Source: Octopus vulgaris (taxonomy: Eukaryota). Taken from it: a stretch of DNA of 64,000 nt. The stretch lies in NCBI GenBank assembly GCA_951406725.2, contig OX597821.1, forward strand, positions 60,574,001-60,638,000. The letters run 5' to 3'. Within the stretch, counting starts at the first letter, position 1, and each line of letters begins with the position of its first letter. The notes beneath the pieces are model-generated. The model was not told the DNA's origin. It did no database searches and saw nothing but the letters and a program-made list of their open reading frames with translations. Of the stretch, positions 1-14,081 are shown in pieces. A program made the position numbers and the translations under genes.

Positions 1-1015
1 CCTTTTAGGGTTGACAAAATAAGTACCAGGGAAGAGCTGAAGGTCATTGTACTCAACTTGTCCCCTCCCGTCAAAGTTACATGCGTTCCGTTCAAAGTCA
101 TGTTGCGATTTCGGTCAGTCGTACGCTAGGGAAGCCGGGTAACCGGTTTTATGGGTCCTAGACTAGAACCCCTTCCCTTTACACCAGTAGTTTCCAAAAT
201 GGGCAGTGGAAAGATCCAGGGTGCGCTGAAGAAAAGTGGGATGATAATGGCGTGGCCAAAATGGGATGACCGATGTAAAAAATTAAATATTAATAAGTTA
301 ATTAGGTCTAAGTTTTATTTGTGAAATACAGTTGTTTCGAATTTGCTGCAGAAAGTGGGTTATATTTGTGGCAGGGAGGGTGAGTGGGCGCTAGGAATGT
401 GGCCTGGGTGCTACGGATGGTGGTGGGGGTTAGTGGCAGCCCAAACAAGTTTGGGAGCCACTGCTTTACATCATTCGTAGCTGTCTCAGCAGGAAAGATG
501 CACAATTTCTTCTATGCAAATAATGACCGACACACTAACTACAGCTGTTAATTTTCGACTTTGATAGAGACCACTGTTTCGTTAAATGAAAGAAAGAATA
601 TAGTGAAACGAATAGATTTTACAAAAAGCATGACATGTATTTTACAAACCTTGGCTTGATGAAAGTCAAAGTCGAGCCGAGTTATAAATATAAACTTACA
701 ACATAAAGTGACAAAATTAGATAATCTAAGACACTTATTCATTTGATATCTTCTACCACTCTCATAGACACGGCTAGTGTGAAATATTGACGCCAAGAAC
801 AATACTAGTCTCTCTAAATAGAAACATAATATTCTCTCTTATATTTGAGGTCTATCAGATTCTGAATAGAAACTCGTGTGTGTCTCAGTGTTTAAAAAGC
901 TCGATTTGCAATCATGAATATTTATGCGGATGTATCATTGCGTTTTATCTCAGTTATTTCTTTTCTCCCTCACACTTCCTTTTTCATACGCACTCACTTA
1001 TTCACTCACTCTTTC

Positions 1016-1059
<44 letters not shown>

Positions 1060-1214
1060 ACACACCCACATGCGTATATGTATATTTATACGCATATACA
1101 AATATATACAGACACAAACAAGTAAAAACACATACATTATACACCGTTTTTATTTGTCGAACTCGAGGTAGATAAAGCTATAAATAATAGCATATAAATA
1201 TTGGATTAAAAAAT

Positions 1215-1838
1215 CGTTTGAATAGAAAAATTCAAAGGCTGTCCGTTTGAATCGAATGGTCATCTTCTGAAAGCACGACTGGCGTTCTACTCTTGGACCA
1301 AAACAACCTTTAGAAATTCTCCATCCATTTTAGAACCTCATTTCTTATCAGCGAGATGGTATAAATATTCCCTACAAGACCGCCTATAATGGAGAGTGGA
1401 TGGTTGGACATAGCGTTAATATATTTAAGGCTAAAATTTGGTTCGTGGAAAGGCTCGTAAAGACCAGTGTCAAGGCTAAGTGTGGCATCAAGGAAGTTAA
1501 TTTTACGGCATTCACTTTCCATTGTTATGGTTAATCGTATATTCTTAAATAGTTTAAAAAGTTTCTCCTCAGCTCGTTCAAGTTTTATATTAATGCAACA
1601 GTTAAAAAAGAAAAGAACGTCGTCTCTATATAATCCTCCTCCGATCTCAAGGAGGGGATTCTGGATCAGGGATAGGATGTAGACACGAATTATTACAATG
1701 ATGTTTGCTAAGTATCTCTGATGATGCCTGGTAGCCATAAGTGGTGAAAGTGGTCCGCGGACACACGACCTGGGACTGACCCTGAAATAAGGTTTCGATA
1801 CTGTGTTTAACACGTATTTTCATAACCTTAATTCTTTA

Positions 1839-1845
<7 letters not shown>
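1215..1845 (-). mobile_element. Penelope-like retroelement RT fragment
   Basis: GGLYRDD...KINFLDATLSLDTGLYEPFHEPN...YINAMSNHPLSII typical of PLE RT motifs and thumb; abuts (TA)n; boundaries approximate. Confidence 0.7.
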
Positions 1846-1873
<28 letters not shown>

Positions 1874-1975
1874 CAAATAAGAAAATGGAGAAAAAATTTA
1901 GTTGGTTTATCAGCTTTAGGATATTAGAATGTTTACTTATTTATTTGTATACTTATTTATCTAACTTACTTGGTG

Positions 1976-2008
<33 letters not shown>

Positions 2009-2029
2009 AAACTATCCAGTCAGTTTCGA

Positions 2030-2605
2030 CGTAAGAGGATCCGACAACCTACACTTTTGTCAGTCATAATGCTTATGTCGAATATGACATTTGGGTCCTG
2101 CGATTTGCAAAGAAACCCGCAGATGTTGCAAGTATGAGGATTACGGGTTAGTGCAGGCAGTATATTTGCAGCCACTTTTCTCTTTTGCCTTGCACCCCTA
2201 AGCCTGTTAATGCTGGTTGAAAAAAAATCTCTTATACCGTTTTGGCACGACAATCTCCATTTTGTTTGATCAAAGGTTGTTTGCGCAAAGACGTTGTGAG
2301 CTATATTGACACCTGACAGCTAGCCCTTATATCTGAGCCATGATCGACCAGCATTCCTATACCCACTATCAAGGTAGTTGTACATGAGGACTTTGGGTAT
2401 TCTTTCGTCACTCATTCTTATCACATGATCTACCTAACATAATTGCGACTACATATGGAAGCTTTCGATTTCACCAATCCTACACTTGCAAGAAAGGTCG
2501 ACACTGGACACTGTTTTTTGGTGAATAACCGCAGATTGTTCAGAGATAGCTTTGTGGAAGACGTCTAGTTGGTTAATATGTCACGTATAGGGTGTCCATG
2601 ATTCC
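2030..2605 (-). mobile_element. RTE-like LINE 3' fragment
   Basis: C-terminal HTCNICGFLCKS zinc-finger-like end after basic helix; degenerate. Confidence 0.5.
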
Positions 2606-2635
2606 GAAACACTCGTATGTATGTATGTATGTATG

Positions 2636-2669
<34 letters not shown>

Positions 2670-2820
2670 TGTATGTATGTATGTATGTATGTATGTATGT
2701 ATCAGTGCGAATGTGTATATGTGTGTGTTGTAAGGAACCTAACATAATTTCTGTAGCAATTTCCAAATTCTGTATAAGGCGACATGAATGATACCCAATA
2801 TATTTCATTTCTTTTCATAG

Positions 2821-3027
2821 ATCGTTGCAAAAATATTCCAGACAACACAGAGCTCGCTGTGCCTGGCAAATGTAGACAATACTTGAGATGTTACAACGGA
2901 AAAACAAAAACAGAGTGTTGTCGGTGGGGTTATTCTTTTAAACCTGGGAGAGGATGTCAACGTGATTATCGGTGTAAAGAAAAGTGTGATTCACAATATC
3001 CAACGCCAAACCCATACAATCCCCAAG
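2821..3027 (+). CDS. Exon M1: 8-Cys chitin-binding-like (ChtBD2-related) module of Pif/LamG3-like gene (divergent copy)
   Basis: ttttcatag|AT...CAAG|gtatgt, 207 nt, phase 1-1; [56 protein letters not shown]; Cys spacing C-x14-C-x5-C-x8-CC-x11-C-x5-C-x3-C. Confidence 0.85.
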
Positions 3028-3060
3028 GTATGTAACATCCTTATAACACACATACACACA

Positions 3061-3154
<94 letters not shown>

Positions 3155-3157
<3 letters not shown>

Positions 3158-4115
3158 GCGCTTTTGATGCAGTAAAAATTAATAATTATATAAAAAATCT
3201 GAATAAAAATTTAAATGACACAAACTTTTTGGAAGTTTTACATATTGTCCTAAGCGCTTACGCTGCTGATAGCTTTTCAAGCCAATGGTTTTTTTTGGGT
3301 AAACAGTTTAGAGGATTTTTTGTTTTTAGAAGAGTTGCAGACTATTTCCACTTTATTTTCGGATTTAGAATTTTTATAAAGTATTCTTCTTTTAATTTTC
3401 GAAGTTAGTAAATTTCTCTATTCTAACAAAAAAGGAAATTGTTTGAATTTTGCATTTGCTCAAATATCCAGATGTTCATTACATAGAACATTTCTAAGAG
3501 ATGAATCTCTAATTTGCTGTTTAAGGATCCTAACCCGATATATCAGTTTTGATCCTGTTTGGCTGATATAATTTTCACTGTATTTTGGGCATGTGATGTA
3601 GCAAATGACAAATTTTGTTTTGAAGCTCACATTCACATTCCTTCCCATTCTTGAATATTTTAGCTGTTCCTTATCCAATTATTTTGCAAGTCCCACAACA
3701 GCGATCTCCGCATTTTGATACCTTCACTGTCTCCTCTCCTAATGTAAGGCCTTTAAGTTTTGATGCTTGTCTTCAGCAATTGATAAATTGTAATTCTTTA
3801 ATTATTTTCTTGAGATTTGATGATTGGTGTAGAATTGGAAGGTATAATGTGGCCAAATTCAAGATGTTATGTTTTTTAGGAGTAACCTCATTGAGAAGAT
3901 TTCTCCGTAAGATAGAGATTGGAATACCTTCTGCTCTGGTTATGTCATGATTTACTAAGTTTTCCGAGTAATTTTTTCCTGAAAGAATATATTTAACCCT
4001 ACCAGTTGTTTCTCTCGTCTATTCGTATCTTGACTATCGAAGACATTCGTCTTGCCATATTGAATGGGGCGCTTCTTTTAATACGAGAACAATGGCAAGA
4101 TCTAAGAATCTAAGT
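3155..4115 (-). mobile_element. Penelope-like fragment with GIY-YIG endonuclease remnant
   Basis: VICYITCPKYSENYISQTG...RVR..KQQIRD...EHLD resembles PLE GIY-YIG; approximate limits. Confidence 0.65.
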
Positions 4116-4322
4116 ATTAGTGTGTGTCGGTGTCCTTGCAGTGCATATCGATTGTAACGGTCTCATTTTTCCTAATCACTAGACACACATACGCACACAC
4201 ACATACACACACACATATATATATATATAAAAATACATATTTATACATGTAAATTTGTATTATTACATATATATACACACACATATAGATATAGATATAT
4301 ATACATATATATACATACACAC

Positions 4323-4357
<35 letters not shown>

Positions 4358-4932
4358 GAAAATAGGACAAGGTAAAAAAGGCTAAAATAATTTTATCATC
4401 TTAGTACAGGTTTCAGACTTTGCGACTTTTTCAGCTTAGAGTAAAGTATGAAAAACAATTAAATAGTGGAAAAATTAAATGAAATGTTTTTTAAAATATA
4501 TCCATAGTTTTCAAAAAGGTTGGACATTTTCCTTTTTCTGTCTCGCTGTCTTTTACTTTTGTGAAGGCTCGGTTGGAAGGTAGTAGTAGTATTAGTAGTG
4601 TATATATATATATATATATATGTATATGTATGTGGCTGTGTGGTAAGAAGCTTCCTTCTCAACCATAGGCTTCCGGTTTTTGTCCCACTAGGTGACACCT
4701 TGGAAAGTGTCTTCTATTATAGCCTCGGGCCGACTCCAAAAATGTGTTTACAATCGTCCACACATTTCAAGACAAACAAAGAACGTCTATTTTTATTGGC
4801 ATTTGAAGTTAGAAGAATTATTGATTTGTTAAGATCTTCCAAGTTTGAAAATCTTAACGAATCTCCTTCCAAGCCGGGACCAGTGGAGTTTGCTGCTAGG
4901 CGTTTGTTTACCTTCATTCACTCCAAAAGTAA

Positions 4933-4994
<62 letters not shown>

Positions 4995-5739
4995 ACAAGT
5001 ATATGTATGTGTGTGTATGTGTGTGTATGTGTGCATGTGTGTGCGTTGTGTGTGTGTGGGTCTTCATGTTTTTTTTAATTTTTGAGTGCGTACGTGTGTA
5101 CATATATATCTTTTATACAAGCAAATCTAATTGTCTTTTGGATATACACTTTTAAATATACTTCATTAATGACTTTCTTACTGGTAATGACTTCCTAGAA
5201 TATTATACAAATGTAATTCGTATTCCCAAATAAATTGCACTTCATTGAGAGTTCGATGAAGCTGTAGGATGTTATTCAGGCACTCAGCTATGAGTCTCTC
5301 TCTCTTTTACTCTTTACTCTTTTACTCTTTACTCTTTTACTCTTTACTCTTTTACTCTTTACTCTTTTACTCGTTTCAGTCATTTGACTGCGGCCATGCT
5401 GGAGCACCGTCTACTGCATCTTATAGAATAAACAGCTGTAATACAATGGCGTTCATAACATAGCAGTCGTTTTCCTGTGTCATTTATTTTTCTTGTTACC
5501 CCTCTATACTCATCTCACACTTTGTTTTGAAATATACGCGTATTGAGTTCTACACCAGGTTATTAGTCTCGCTATGTCTAAGCGAAAGATATGTATGCAT
5601 GTATGTATGCATGTATGTATGCATGTATATATGTATGTATGCATGAGTGTATGTATGTATGTATATATGTATGCATGTATGCATGTATGTGTGTATGTCT
5701 ATATGTACGTATGTATGCATGTATGCATGTATGTATGCA

Positions 5740-5782
<43 letters not shown>

Positions 5783-6164
5783 TTGTCTGTCTGTCTGTAT
5801 GTCTGTCTGTATGTAATAATATGAGAGGTTTTGGTATTCAGAAGGCCCAAAAGGAAGATAAGACTATGTAAGTGCTACGGAAGGACATGTCTTCTAAATA
5901 TTAGATATCCACATTATAATAATTGATAAATAATTTGGATATATAATTTCAGATTTAAATAAATTTTAACGATTATAGGGGTATCTATTTACTTCTGCCA
6001 TGTCTGTGTATATCCACACACACACACATGTATGGATGTAAGGGTGTAAATGTCTGTACCTCTGAGTGTTTGTATTTGTGTGAGTGAATATATGTGGTTT
6101 TGTAACAATTTCCAATCTATATAGTACACCATGAATCATACCCAATTTATTTTATTTTGTATAG

Positions 6165-6371
6165 ATCGTTGCAGAAACATGCCAGAGGGATCAGAACTCC
6201 GCGTGCCTGGCAAATGTAGACAATACTTGAGATGTTACAACGGAAAAGCAGTAGAGAAATGCTGCCAGTGGGGTTATTCTTTTAAACCAGGAAGAGGATG
6301 TCGCCGTGATTATGACTGTAAAGAAAGGTGCGATTCAACACATCCAACACCAGACCCACACGGTCTCCAAG
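6165..6371 (+). CDS. Exon M2: chitin-binding-like module
   Basis: tgtatag|ATCGTTGC...CAAG|gtatgt, 207 nt, open frame [18 protein letters not shown]...DPHGLQ. Confidence 0.85.
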
Positions 6372-6386
6372 GTATGTAACATCCGC

Positions 6387-6486
<100 letters not shown>

Positions 6487-7015
6487 GTGTGTGTGTCCTC
6501 AAATACCTTGCGCACCCTGCCTACCAAATCTACTAAGAAGGTTAGGTCAGTCCGAGGGTATAGTAGAAGACACCTGTCCAAGGCGCCACGCAGTGAGACT
6601 GAACCCGGAATCATGTGGTTGGGAAGCAAGCTTCTAACCACACAGCCACTACATACATACATACATACATACATACATACATACATACATACATACGTAC
6701 GTACGTACGTACGTACGTACGTACATACATACATACATACATACATACATACATACATACGTACGTACGTACGTACATACATACATACATACATACATAC
6801 ATACATACATACATACATACATACATACATACATACATACATACGTATATACATACATAATACATACATAAAGCATACATACATAACACATAGATACATA
6901 CACATACACATATATTTGAGTGTGTACGCGTGAGTGAAAATATGTGGTTTTGTAACAATTTCTAATTCTATATTGTACGACATGAATAATATCCAATTTA
7001 TTTTATTTTGTATAG

Positions 7016-7222
7016 ATCGTTGCAGAAACATGCCAGAGGGATCAGAACTCCGCGTGCCTGGCAAATGTAGACAATACTTGAGATGTTACAACGGAAAAGC
7101 AGTAGAGAAATGCTGCCAGTGGGGTTATTCTTTTAAACCAGGAAGAGGATGTCGTCGTGATTATGACTGCAAGGAAAAGTGCGATTCAACACATCCAACA
7201 CCAGACCCACACGGTCTCCAAG
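7016..7222 (+). CDS. Exon M3: chitin-binding-like module
   Basis: AG/GT sites, 207 nt, near-identical to M2. Confidence 0.85.
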
Positions 7223-7237
7223 GTATGTAACATCCGC

Positions 7238-7430
<193 letters not shown>

Positions 7431-7445
7431 GTATGTAACATCCGC

Positions 7446-7523
<78 letters not shown>

Positions 7524-7699
7524 ATATGTGTGTGTGTGTGTGTGAGTGTGTGTAATTGCTTCAACCATTTCCAGGTCAGCAGTTACATATCACTTCTGTA
7601 GATAAGGACGAGAACGACAATTCAATCATGCATGTTGTGTAATTTATATTACGTAATAGCATCGGAGACATGTTTAATCAATTGTAGAAATATGGTAAC

Positions 7700-8036
7700 A
7701 GTCTGTTGAACTTGCTGGATAAATTCAGATGTTATTAAGATTTCAGAGAGTTTAAAATACATTTTATTCTTTTATACGAGTGATTCATTTCATCTTCAGT
7801 CTCGAACTCCTTACAAACTTTGCAGACAAAAGAACTGGCAACTTTTAAAAATGGAAATATTTCTAAATCGCAATTCTCAGCCTTTATAACCACAATAACA
7901 GCATGCTTCTTCATTTCTTGAGTAAGCTGAGAGTCTGACACTATTATTTTCTTAAACAAAGCTTATACAGAGTTAGCAACAAATGCAGCAATGACCGAAA
8001 AAAGGTCTGTCCTCAAATACCTTGCGCACCCTGCCT
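7700..8036 (-). mobile_element. Tc1/mariner left-end relic
   Basis: KKHAVIVVIKAENCDLEIFPFLKVASSFVCKV resembles an N-terminal HTH; CAGGGTG-type end near 8030. Confidence 0.4.
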
Positions 8037-8457
8037 ACCAAATCTACTAAGAAGGTTAGGTCAGTCCGAGGGTATAGTAGAAGACACCTGTCCAAGGCGC
8101 CACGCAGTGAGACTGAACCCGGAATCATGTGGTTGGGAAGCAAGCTTCTAACCACACAGCCACTACATACATACATACATACATACATACACACATACAT
8201 ACATACATACATAAATACATACATACATACGTACGTACATACATACATACATACATACATACATACATACATACATACATACATACGTATATACATACAT
8301 AATACATACATAAAGCATACATACATAACACATAGATACATACACATACACATATATTTGAGTGTGTACGCGTGAGTGAAAATATGTGGTTTTGTAACAA
8401 TTTCTAATTCTATATTGTACGACATGAATAATATCCAATTTATTTTATTTTGTATAG

Positions 8458-8664
8458 ATCGTTGCAGAAACATGCCAGAGGGATCAGAACTCCGCGTGCC
8501 TAGGAAATGTAGACAATACTTGAGATGTTACAACGGAAAAGCAGTAGAGAAATGCTGTCAGTGGGGTTATTCTTTTAAACCAGGAAGAGGATGTCGTCGT
8601 GATTATGACTGCAAGGAAAAGTGCGATTCAACACATCCAACACCAGACCCACATGGTCTCCAAG
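8458..8664 (+). CDS. Exon M4: chitin-binding-like module
   Basis: AG/GT sites, 207 nt, VPRKC variant (G to R). Confidence 0.85.
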
Positions 8665-8679
8665 GTATGTAACATCCGC

Positions 8680-8879
<200 letters not shown>

Positions 8880-8977
8880 GTGAGTAATATCCACGTGTAT
8901 ATATACATGATAGGTCGTTAGCTACTACACAATGTTTTTTCTCTCCTTGTTTCTCTCCTTGTTTCTTTCTGTGTTCA

Positions 8978-9011
8978 TTTCTGTGGAAGAGCATAGGCTC
9001 GAAACGTAAAA
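8978..9011 (+). ncRNA. Minimal hammerhead-like motif with variant core CUGUGGA
   Basis: TTT-CTGTGGA-A-GAGC-ATAG-GCTC-GAAAC-GT-A-AAA. Confidence 0.45.
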
Positions 9012-9099
9012 GACCTTTTCTATTCCTGGGCGTTATACTAATACATTTGTTTGTTTTGTACACCACCTGTCTTCGTCCTTTGTTTTTTTCGTAAACTCA

Positions 9100-9152
<53 letters not shown>

Positions 9153-9153
9153 G

Positions 9154-9185
<32 letters not shown>

Positions 9186-9210
9186 TGTATGTATGTATGT
9201 ATGTATGTAT

Positions 9211-9502
9211 GTATTCTATTGTGCTGGGGAGAGTCATTCGCTTTTTGTGCCTTATTACTTGACACACCCACTAGTTCGATTTCCACTCATTTACTTATTT
9301 ATTTTTTTCCTATAATTTTCGTTCCGACTCTTCAATAGTCGTTGACTCGCTATTGAAGAGTCAACGACTATTGAAGAGTTTGTAAGACGCAACGAAAATT
9401 GTAGAAAAAAAAAAAAAATAAATGAGTGGAAATCGAACTAGTGGGTGTGTTAAGTAATAAGGCACAAAAAGAGAATGACTCTCTTCAGGCACAATAAAAT
9501 AC
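9211..9502. repeat. Imperfect fold-back (~290 bp); copies at 14821-15123, 18848-19149 and a half copy at 22586-22762
   Basis: GAGAGTCATTC...ACTAGTTCGATTTCCACTCATTT mirrored by AAATGAGTGGAAATCGAACTAGT...GAATGACTCTC. Confidence 0.85.
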
Positions 9503-9584
9503 GCTTCAACACACGGATTCACATGAAGAATATTGCAAACCGAATACAAAAACGAAATTTATATACTCCTTTATTCTTTCATTA

Positions 9585-9955
9585 TTTTACTGCTTTCAAC
9601 CATTGTCTGTGTCCAAGTTGGGGCACTGCCTTTCACTGTTTTGGGGTCTCCTTTCGGTACTGTTTTTGGTGAAGTAGCGAGTTGGACGAAGCTGCTCTTC
9701 TTTGTGCCTCTTGCCGCGATGTGGGCTCATCTGTATACCTTTCTTCCCTTCTCTCTTGGGAGTAGAGCTTCAGTTCTTGTAGCTTCTCCCAGTTGCTCAT
9801 CTCTTTCACCGAGTCAATCTTCTTTGTGTACTGACATTGGATAGCCTCGAGTCCAGTCACGAATTTGACTCTCTGTGGCGAATACAGTTGGAAGCAGTAA
9901 TCCAGACGACCGAAGTCAAATGTTCTCCATAGGCGTAGCAAGGTATCTTTGTTTG
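9585..9955 (-). mobile_element. CR1-clade LINE ORF2 3' fragment
   Basis: RLDYC.QLYSP...LEAIQ..YTKKI...WEKLQELKLYSQERR; also copied in the duplicated introns. Confidence 0.7.
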
Positions 9956-10238
9956 TGGTTTTAAGAAGTTTGATTCAAAACCACATGGTTTCAGGTTCAG
10001 TCTCAATGTGTGGTACCTTGTGCAAGTGTCTTCTGCCTTATATTTATAGACACACACACAGGCCCCCGCCCACAAAAACACACGCACACCTTGTTTCAGC
10101 CACATCAGGTCAGCAATAAAATAGCATTTCTATAAATATGAATGAGAACGACAGTTCAGTCATGCATGCTGTGTGATTTTCATTACACAATAACATCAGA
10201 GACACTTAAGTATAACCAATTGTAGAAATATGATAATT

Positions 10239-11473
10239 GTAGGTTGTCACACATAAAATGTCGCATTTTTAATTACCTGTTATTTCAGTCACGTAAAAAC
10301 AATTATGTAAACCTTTGGATTTAATCTTGAATCTTTTTCTTTCCAAACAATATTGGTATACAAAATTAGTACTCACAAACCTTATGGAAATGATAACAAC
10401 CAAACAATGCCAAGTGATTTTCTTGTGTGAGTACAAACTAGGTCGCTCTGCCGCAGAAGCTCTACGGAATATCAAGCGGGCCTTTGGTAATGGTTTTGTT
10501 GACATCAGAACTGTTTAGAGGTGGTTCTAAAGATTACGTTCAGGTGATAGCCTTGAAAATGAACCAAGATGATGGCCAAAATCTCGGCATGATGGATTAA
10601 ATGCTTTGGTTGAATAAAATCCGAGAACAACTGTTCGAAAACCTTCATCAGAACTCCAAACATCTCGCACAGCTGTTTCTCGACACCTGAGAAAAATTTC
10701 GAAAGTTAAAAAATAGATAGGTTTGTCCCACATCAACTGAACGAGATTCAAAAGTACAGGCACCTTGAAGTGTTCTCTTTATTGCTTCCTCCACTGGAAA
10801 AAGAACCATTTTTGCATCGAATGTAATGAGAAATGTGATGAAAATGGATACTCTTGGACAACTACAGGAGAACAGGACAGTGATTAAATGTAGGAGAGTC
10901 ACCTAAACACTACCCAAATCCACCATTGAACCTTAAAATATTAATAGTCACTATATGGTTGTCTGCAAAAGGTGTTATTCCTTATTCATTTTTGCAACAA
11001 AGAAAAACGGTAACAACAACATCATATTGCCAGGAAATTGATCGTACGCATGAGAATTTGAAAAAGAAGCAACCCAGACTAGTGAATAGAGACGGCCCAG
11101 TTTTGCTCCACAACAATGCATGTCCTCTCATTTCTCAAGCTACGCTCCAAAATCCTGAATTATGAGATTTTGCAAAATCTTCCCTGTTCCTCTGATATCT
11201 CTTCTACTGATTATAGCTTATTTAAGCATTGTGAGCTTTTCATACGCAATAATAGTTTCTTAAATGGAGAAGAGGTAATGGAAGCATTCGGAAAGTTTAT
11301 CACAGCCAAAGTTCAAATTTTTTTAAAGATGGAATATATGACTTAGAGAGACGCTGGGTAGAGGTCATAAATGAAAATGGATCATGCTTAGATTAAATAA
11401 ATCAGTTCTCTAGCACATTTGAAACATGTTATTGTTACCCTTCAAATACGAGATTTCATGTATGACAACCTAA
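10239..11473 (+). mobile_element. Near full-length degenerate mariner transposon
   Basis: TIRs TAGGTTGTCACACATAAAAT / ATTTCATGTATGACAACCTAA; frameshifted transposase (EYKLGRSAAEA.RNI, TCDEKW-like, LLHNNA, PCSSDISSTDY). Confidence 0.85.
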
Positions 11474-11498
11474 TATGATGATCATATTATGTATGTAT

Positions 11499-11540
<42 letters not shown>

Positions 11541-11578
11541 ACACACACAAACATACACACACACACACACACACACAG

Positions 11579-11615
<37 letters not shown>

Positions 11616-11663
11616 TACATTATTTACATTTGACGGATATTTCTCCACATTTTGTTTGTTGTT

Positions 11664-11709
11664 AACACAACGTTTCCGCTGATATACCCTCCAGCCTTCA
11701 TCAGGTGTC
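11664..11709 (-). ncRNA. Minimal type I hammerhead motif (PLE-type), stem II closing pair mismatched
   Basis: GACAC-CTGATGA-A-GGCTG...CAGCG-GAAAC-GT-T-GTGTT. Confidence 0.55.
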
Positions 11710-11788
11710 TTGGGGAAATTTCGAACCTGGTTTCTCATTCCTAAGGTATTTTTCGGTGTTGTTGTTGTTGTTGTTGTTCTTGTTGTTG

Positions 11789-11869
<81 letters not shown>

Positions 11870-12187
11870 GGGTCTCTGCCTGGAATCCAAATCGGAATCT
11901 TGGGCTTAGTAGCCCGCACTATTAACCACTTTGCCCATGGGCATATGGCGTAGTGGTTAAGAGCGCGGACTACTAACTCCAAGATTCCGAGTTCGATTCC
12001 ATACATACATACATACGTATATACATACATAATACATACATAAAGCATACATACATAACACATAGATACATACACATACACATATATTTGAGTGTGTACG
12101 CGTGAGTGAAAATATGTGGTTTTGTAACAATTTCTAATTCTATATTGTACGACATGAATAATATCCAATTTAATTTATTTTGTATAG

Positions 12188-12394
12188 ATCGTTGCAGAAA
12201 CATGCCAGAGGGATCAGAACTCCGCGTGCCTGGAAAATGTAGACAGTACTTGAGATGTTACAACGGAAAAGCAGTAGAGAAATGCTGTCAGTGGGGTTAT
12301 TCTTTTAAACCAGGAAGAGGATGTCGTCGTGATTATGACTGCAAGGAAAAGTGCGATTCAACACATCCAACACCAGACCCACATGGTCTCCAAG
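12188..12394 (+). CDS. Exon M5: chitin-binding-like module
   Basis: AG/GT sites, 207 nt, open frame. Confidence 0.85.
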
Positions 12395-12409
12395 GTATGT
12401 AACATCCGC

Positions 12410-12482
<73 letters not shown>

Positions 12483-12569
12483 GATAATTCACAAAAAAAA
12501 AAAAGATGAAGACAGGTGGCGTAGATAACAAACAGATGTATTAGTTTAACACCCGGGAAGTGAAAAAGT

Positions 12570-12605
12570 CTTTAACGTTTCGAGCCTACGCTCTTCCACA
12601 GAAAG
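12570..12605 (-). ncRNA. Minimal hammerhead-like motif with variant core CUGUGGA
   Basis: CTTT-CTGTGGA-A-GAGC-GTAG-GCTC-GAAAC-GT-T-AAAG. Confidence 0.45.
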
Positions 12606-13138
12606 GAACACAAAAAGAAACAAGGAGAGAAAATAAATAATGTGTAGTGGCTAGCGACACACGCACACACACACGCACGCACACACACATACAGAGGCAC
12701 GACTCTCTCCAGACACAATAAAATATGCTTCAACACACGAATTCGCATGAGGAATACTGCAAATAAAATATGAATGAAGATTACGAATATTAGTGTGTAT
12801 ACATGTTGTTTCAGGACAATTAGTACCTATGAATATATAGATTAGTATAATTAATATCTAAATAGTACATATAACTTTACTTTCATTCATTAATTATCTT
12901 CTTTTTTATTTTCATTCCAACCTTCACTCAATAATTCATCATATATTTTATGTTCTCCGCATCTAGTTTTTCCCTTCTTCTATCCGAATCTATGGAAACA
13001 CATTTCAGCACAATTACTTCTGCTTTCTATTTTCCCTTAATCTACATATATTCTCTCTTTATCTTCCTATTAATTAATAATTTTATTACTTTAATCAATT
13101 TAGTATATTAACCTTGCTTAGCCTTATATTTGTATATG

Positions 13139-13211
<73 letters not shown>

Positions 13212-13742
13212 ATGCATACGTATGTACATATATGTGTGTGTGTATGTGTGAGTATTTGTACATTTATAACGCACATGCGTGCATATATATTTATATTGAA
13301 TGCCTAATTATTTCACCTCTCTACTCCCATAATTTAATAAACAGTCTATCGTTTTTTTATACATCACCATTTTTCGTATTTTCGCATGGCTTTGTCTGTA
13401 TTATCATTATTTATATTATTCTATGAATAACTATATATTTTTTTATAACTGTATCTATTTTTATAACTGTGTATACATTTTTATATATAATGGTACACTG
13501 TGTTATTCCTGTCTTTATGTTTTCATTTTATTTTCAATATAATAAATTTCTTTGTACATCCATCCATGAAGGTATTCTCACTAGCAGCAATTCACAAAAT
13601 AATTCGCAAAATAATTTAATTAATTTACAGTAAATTTAATTAACTTTTATGATGCAAGTGATGAATTAAAACAATTGTAAGTCTGGTCTTGTCAATGTTA
13701 ATAAACTTCCATTAATCTTATCTCCATCTTCTCTCTTGTTCT

Positions 13743-13815
<73 letters not shown>

Positions 13816-13998
13816 CATATATATATATAATATACGTATAAAATTAGAAATATAGCTGAGGGTAGTGATATCAAATTACCTCATCCACTAAACGCCACGT
13901 ATCAGAGAATGTTCCAAGTCGTTAAAGTGTATGATACGTAACGGTTGTGACCTAGCATGGTCGCAGCTCTGGGGTGGAAACTAGTACAAGAGAAAAGA

Positions 13999-14081
<83 letters not shown>

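Noticed and set aside
1715-1760. Hammerhead at CTGATGATGCC...GGTGAAAG
   Set aside because: Stems I and III do not pair; the similar remnants at 4401-4438 (-) and 38395-38555 are also too degenerate to call.
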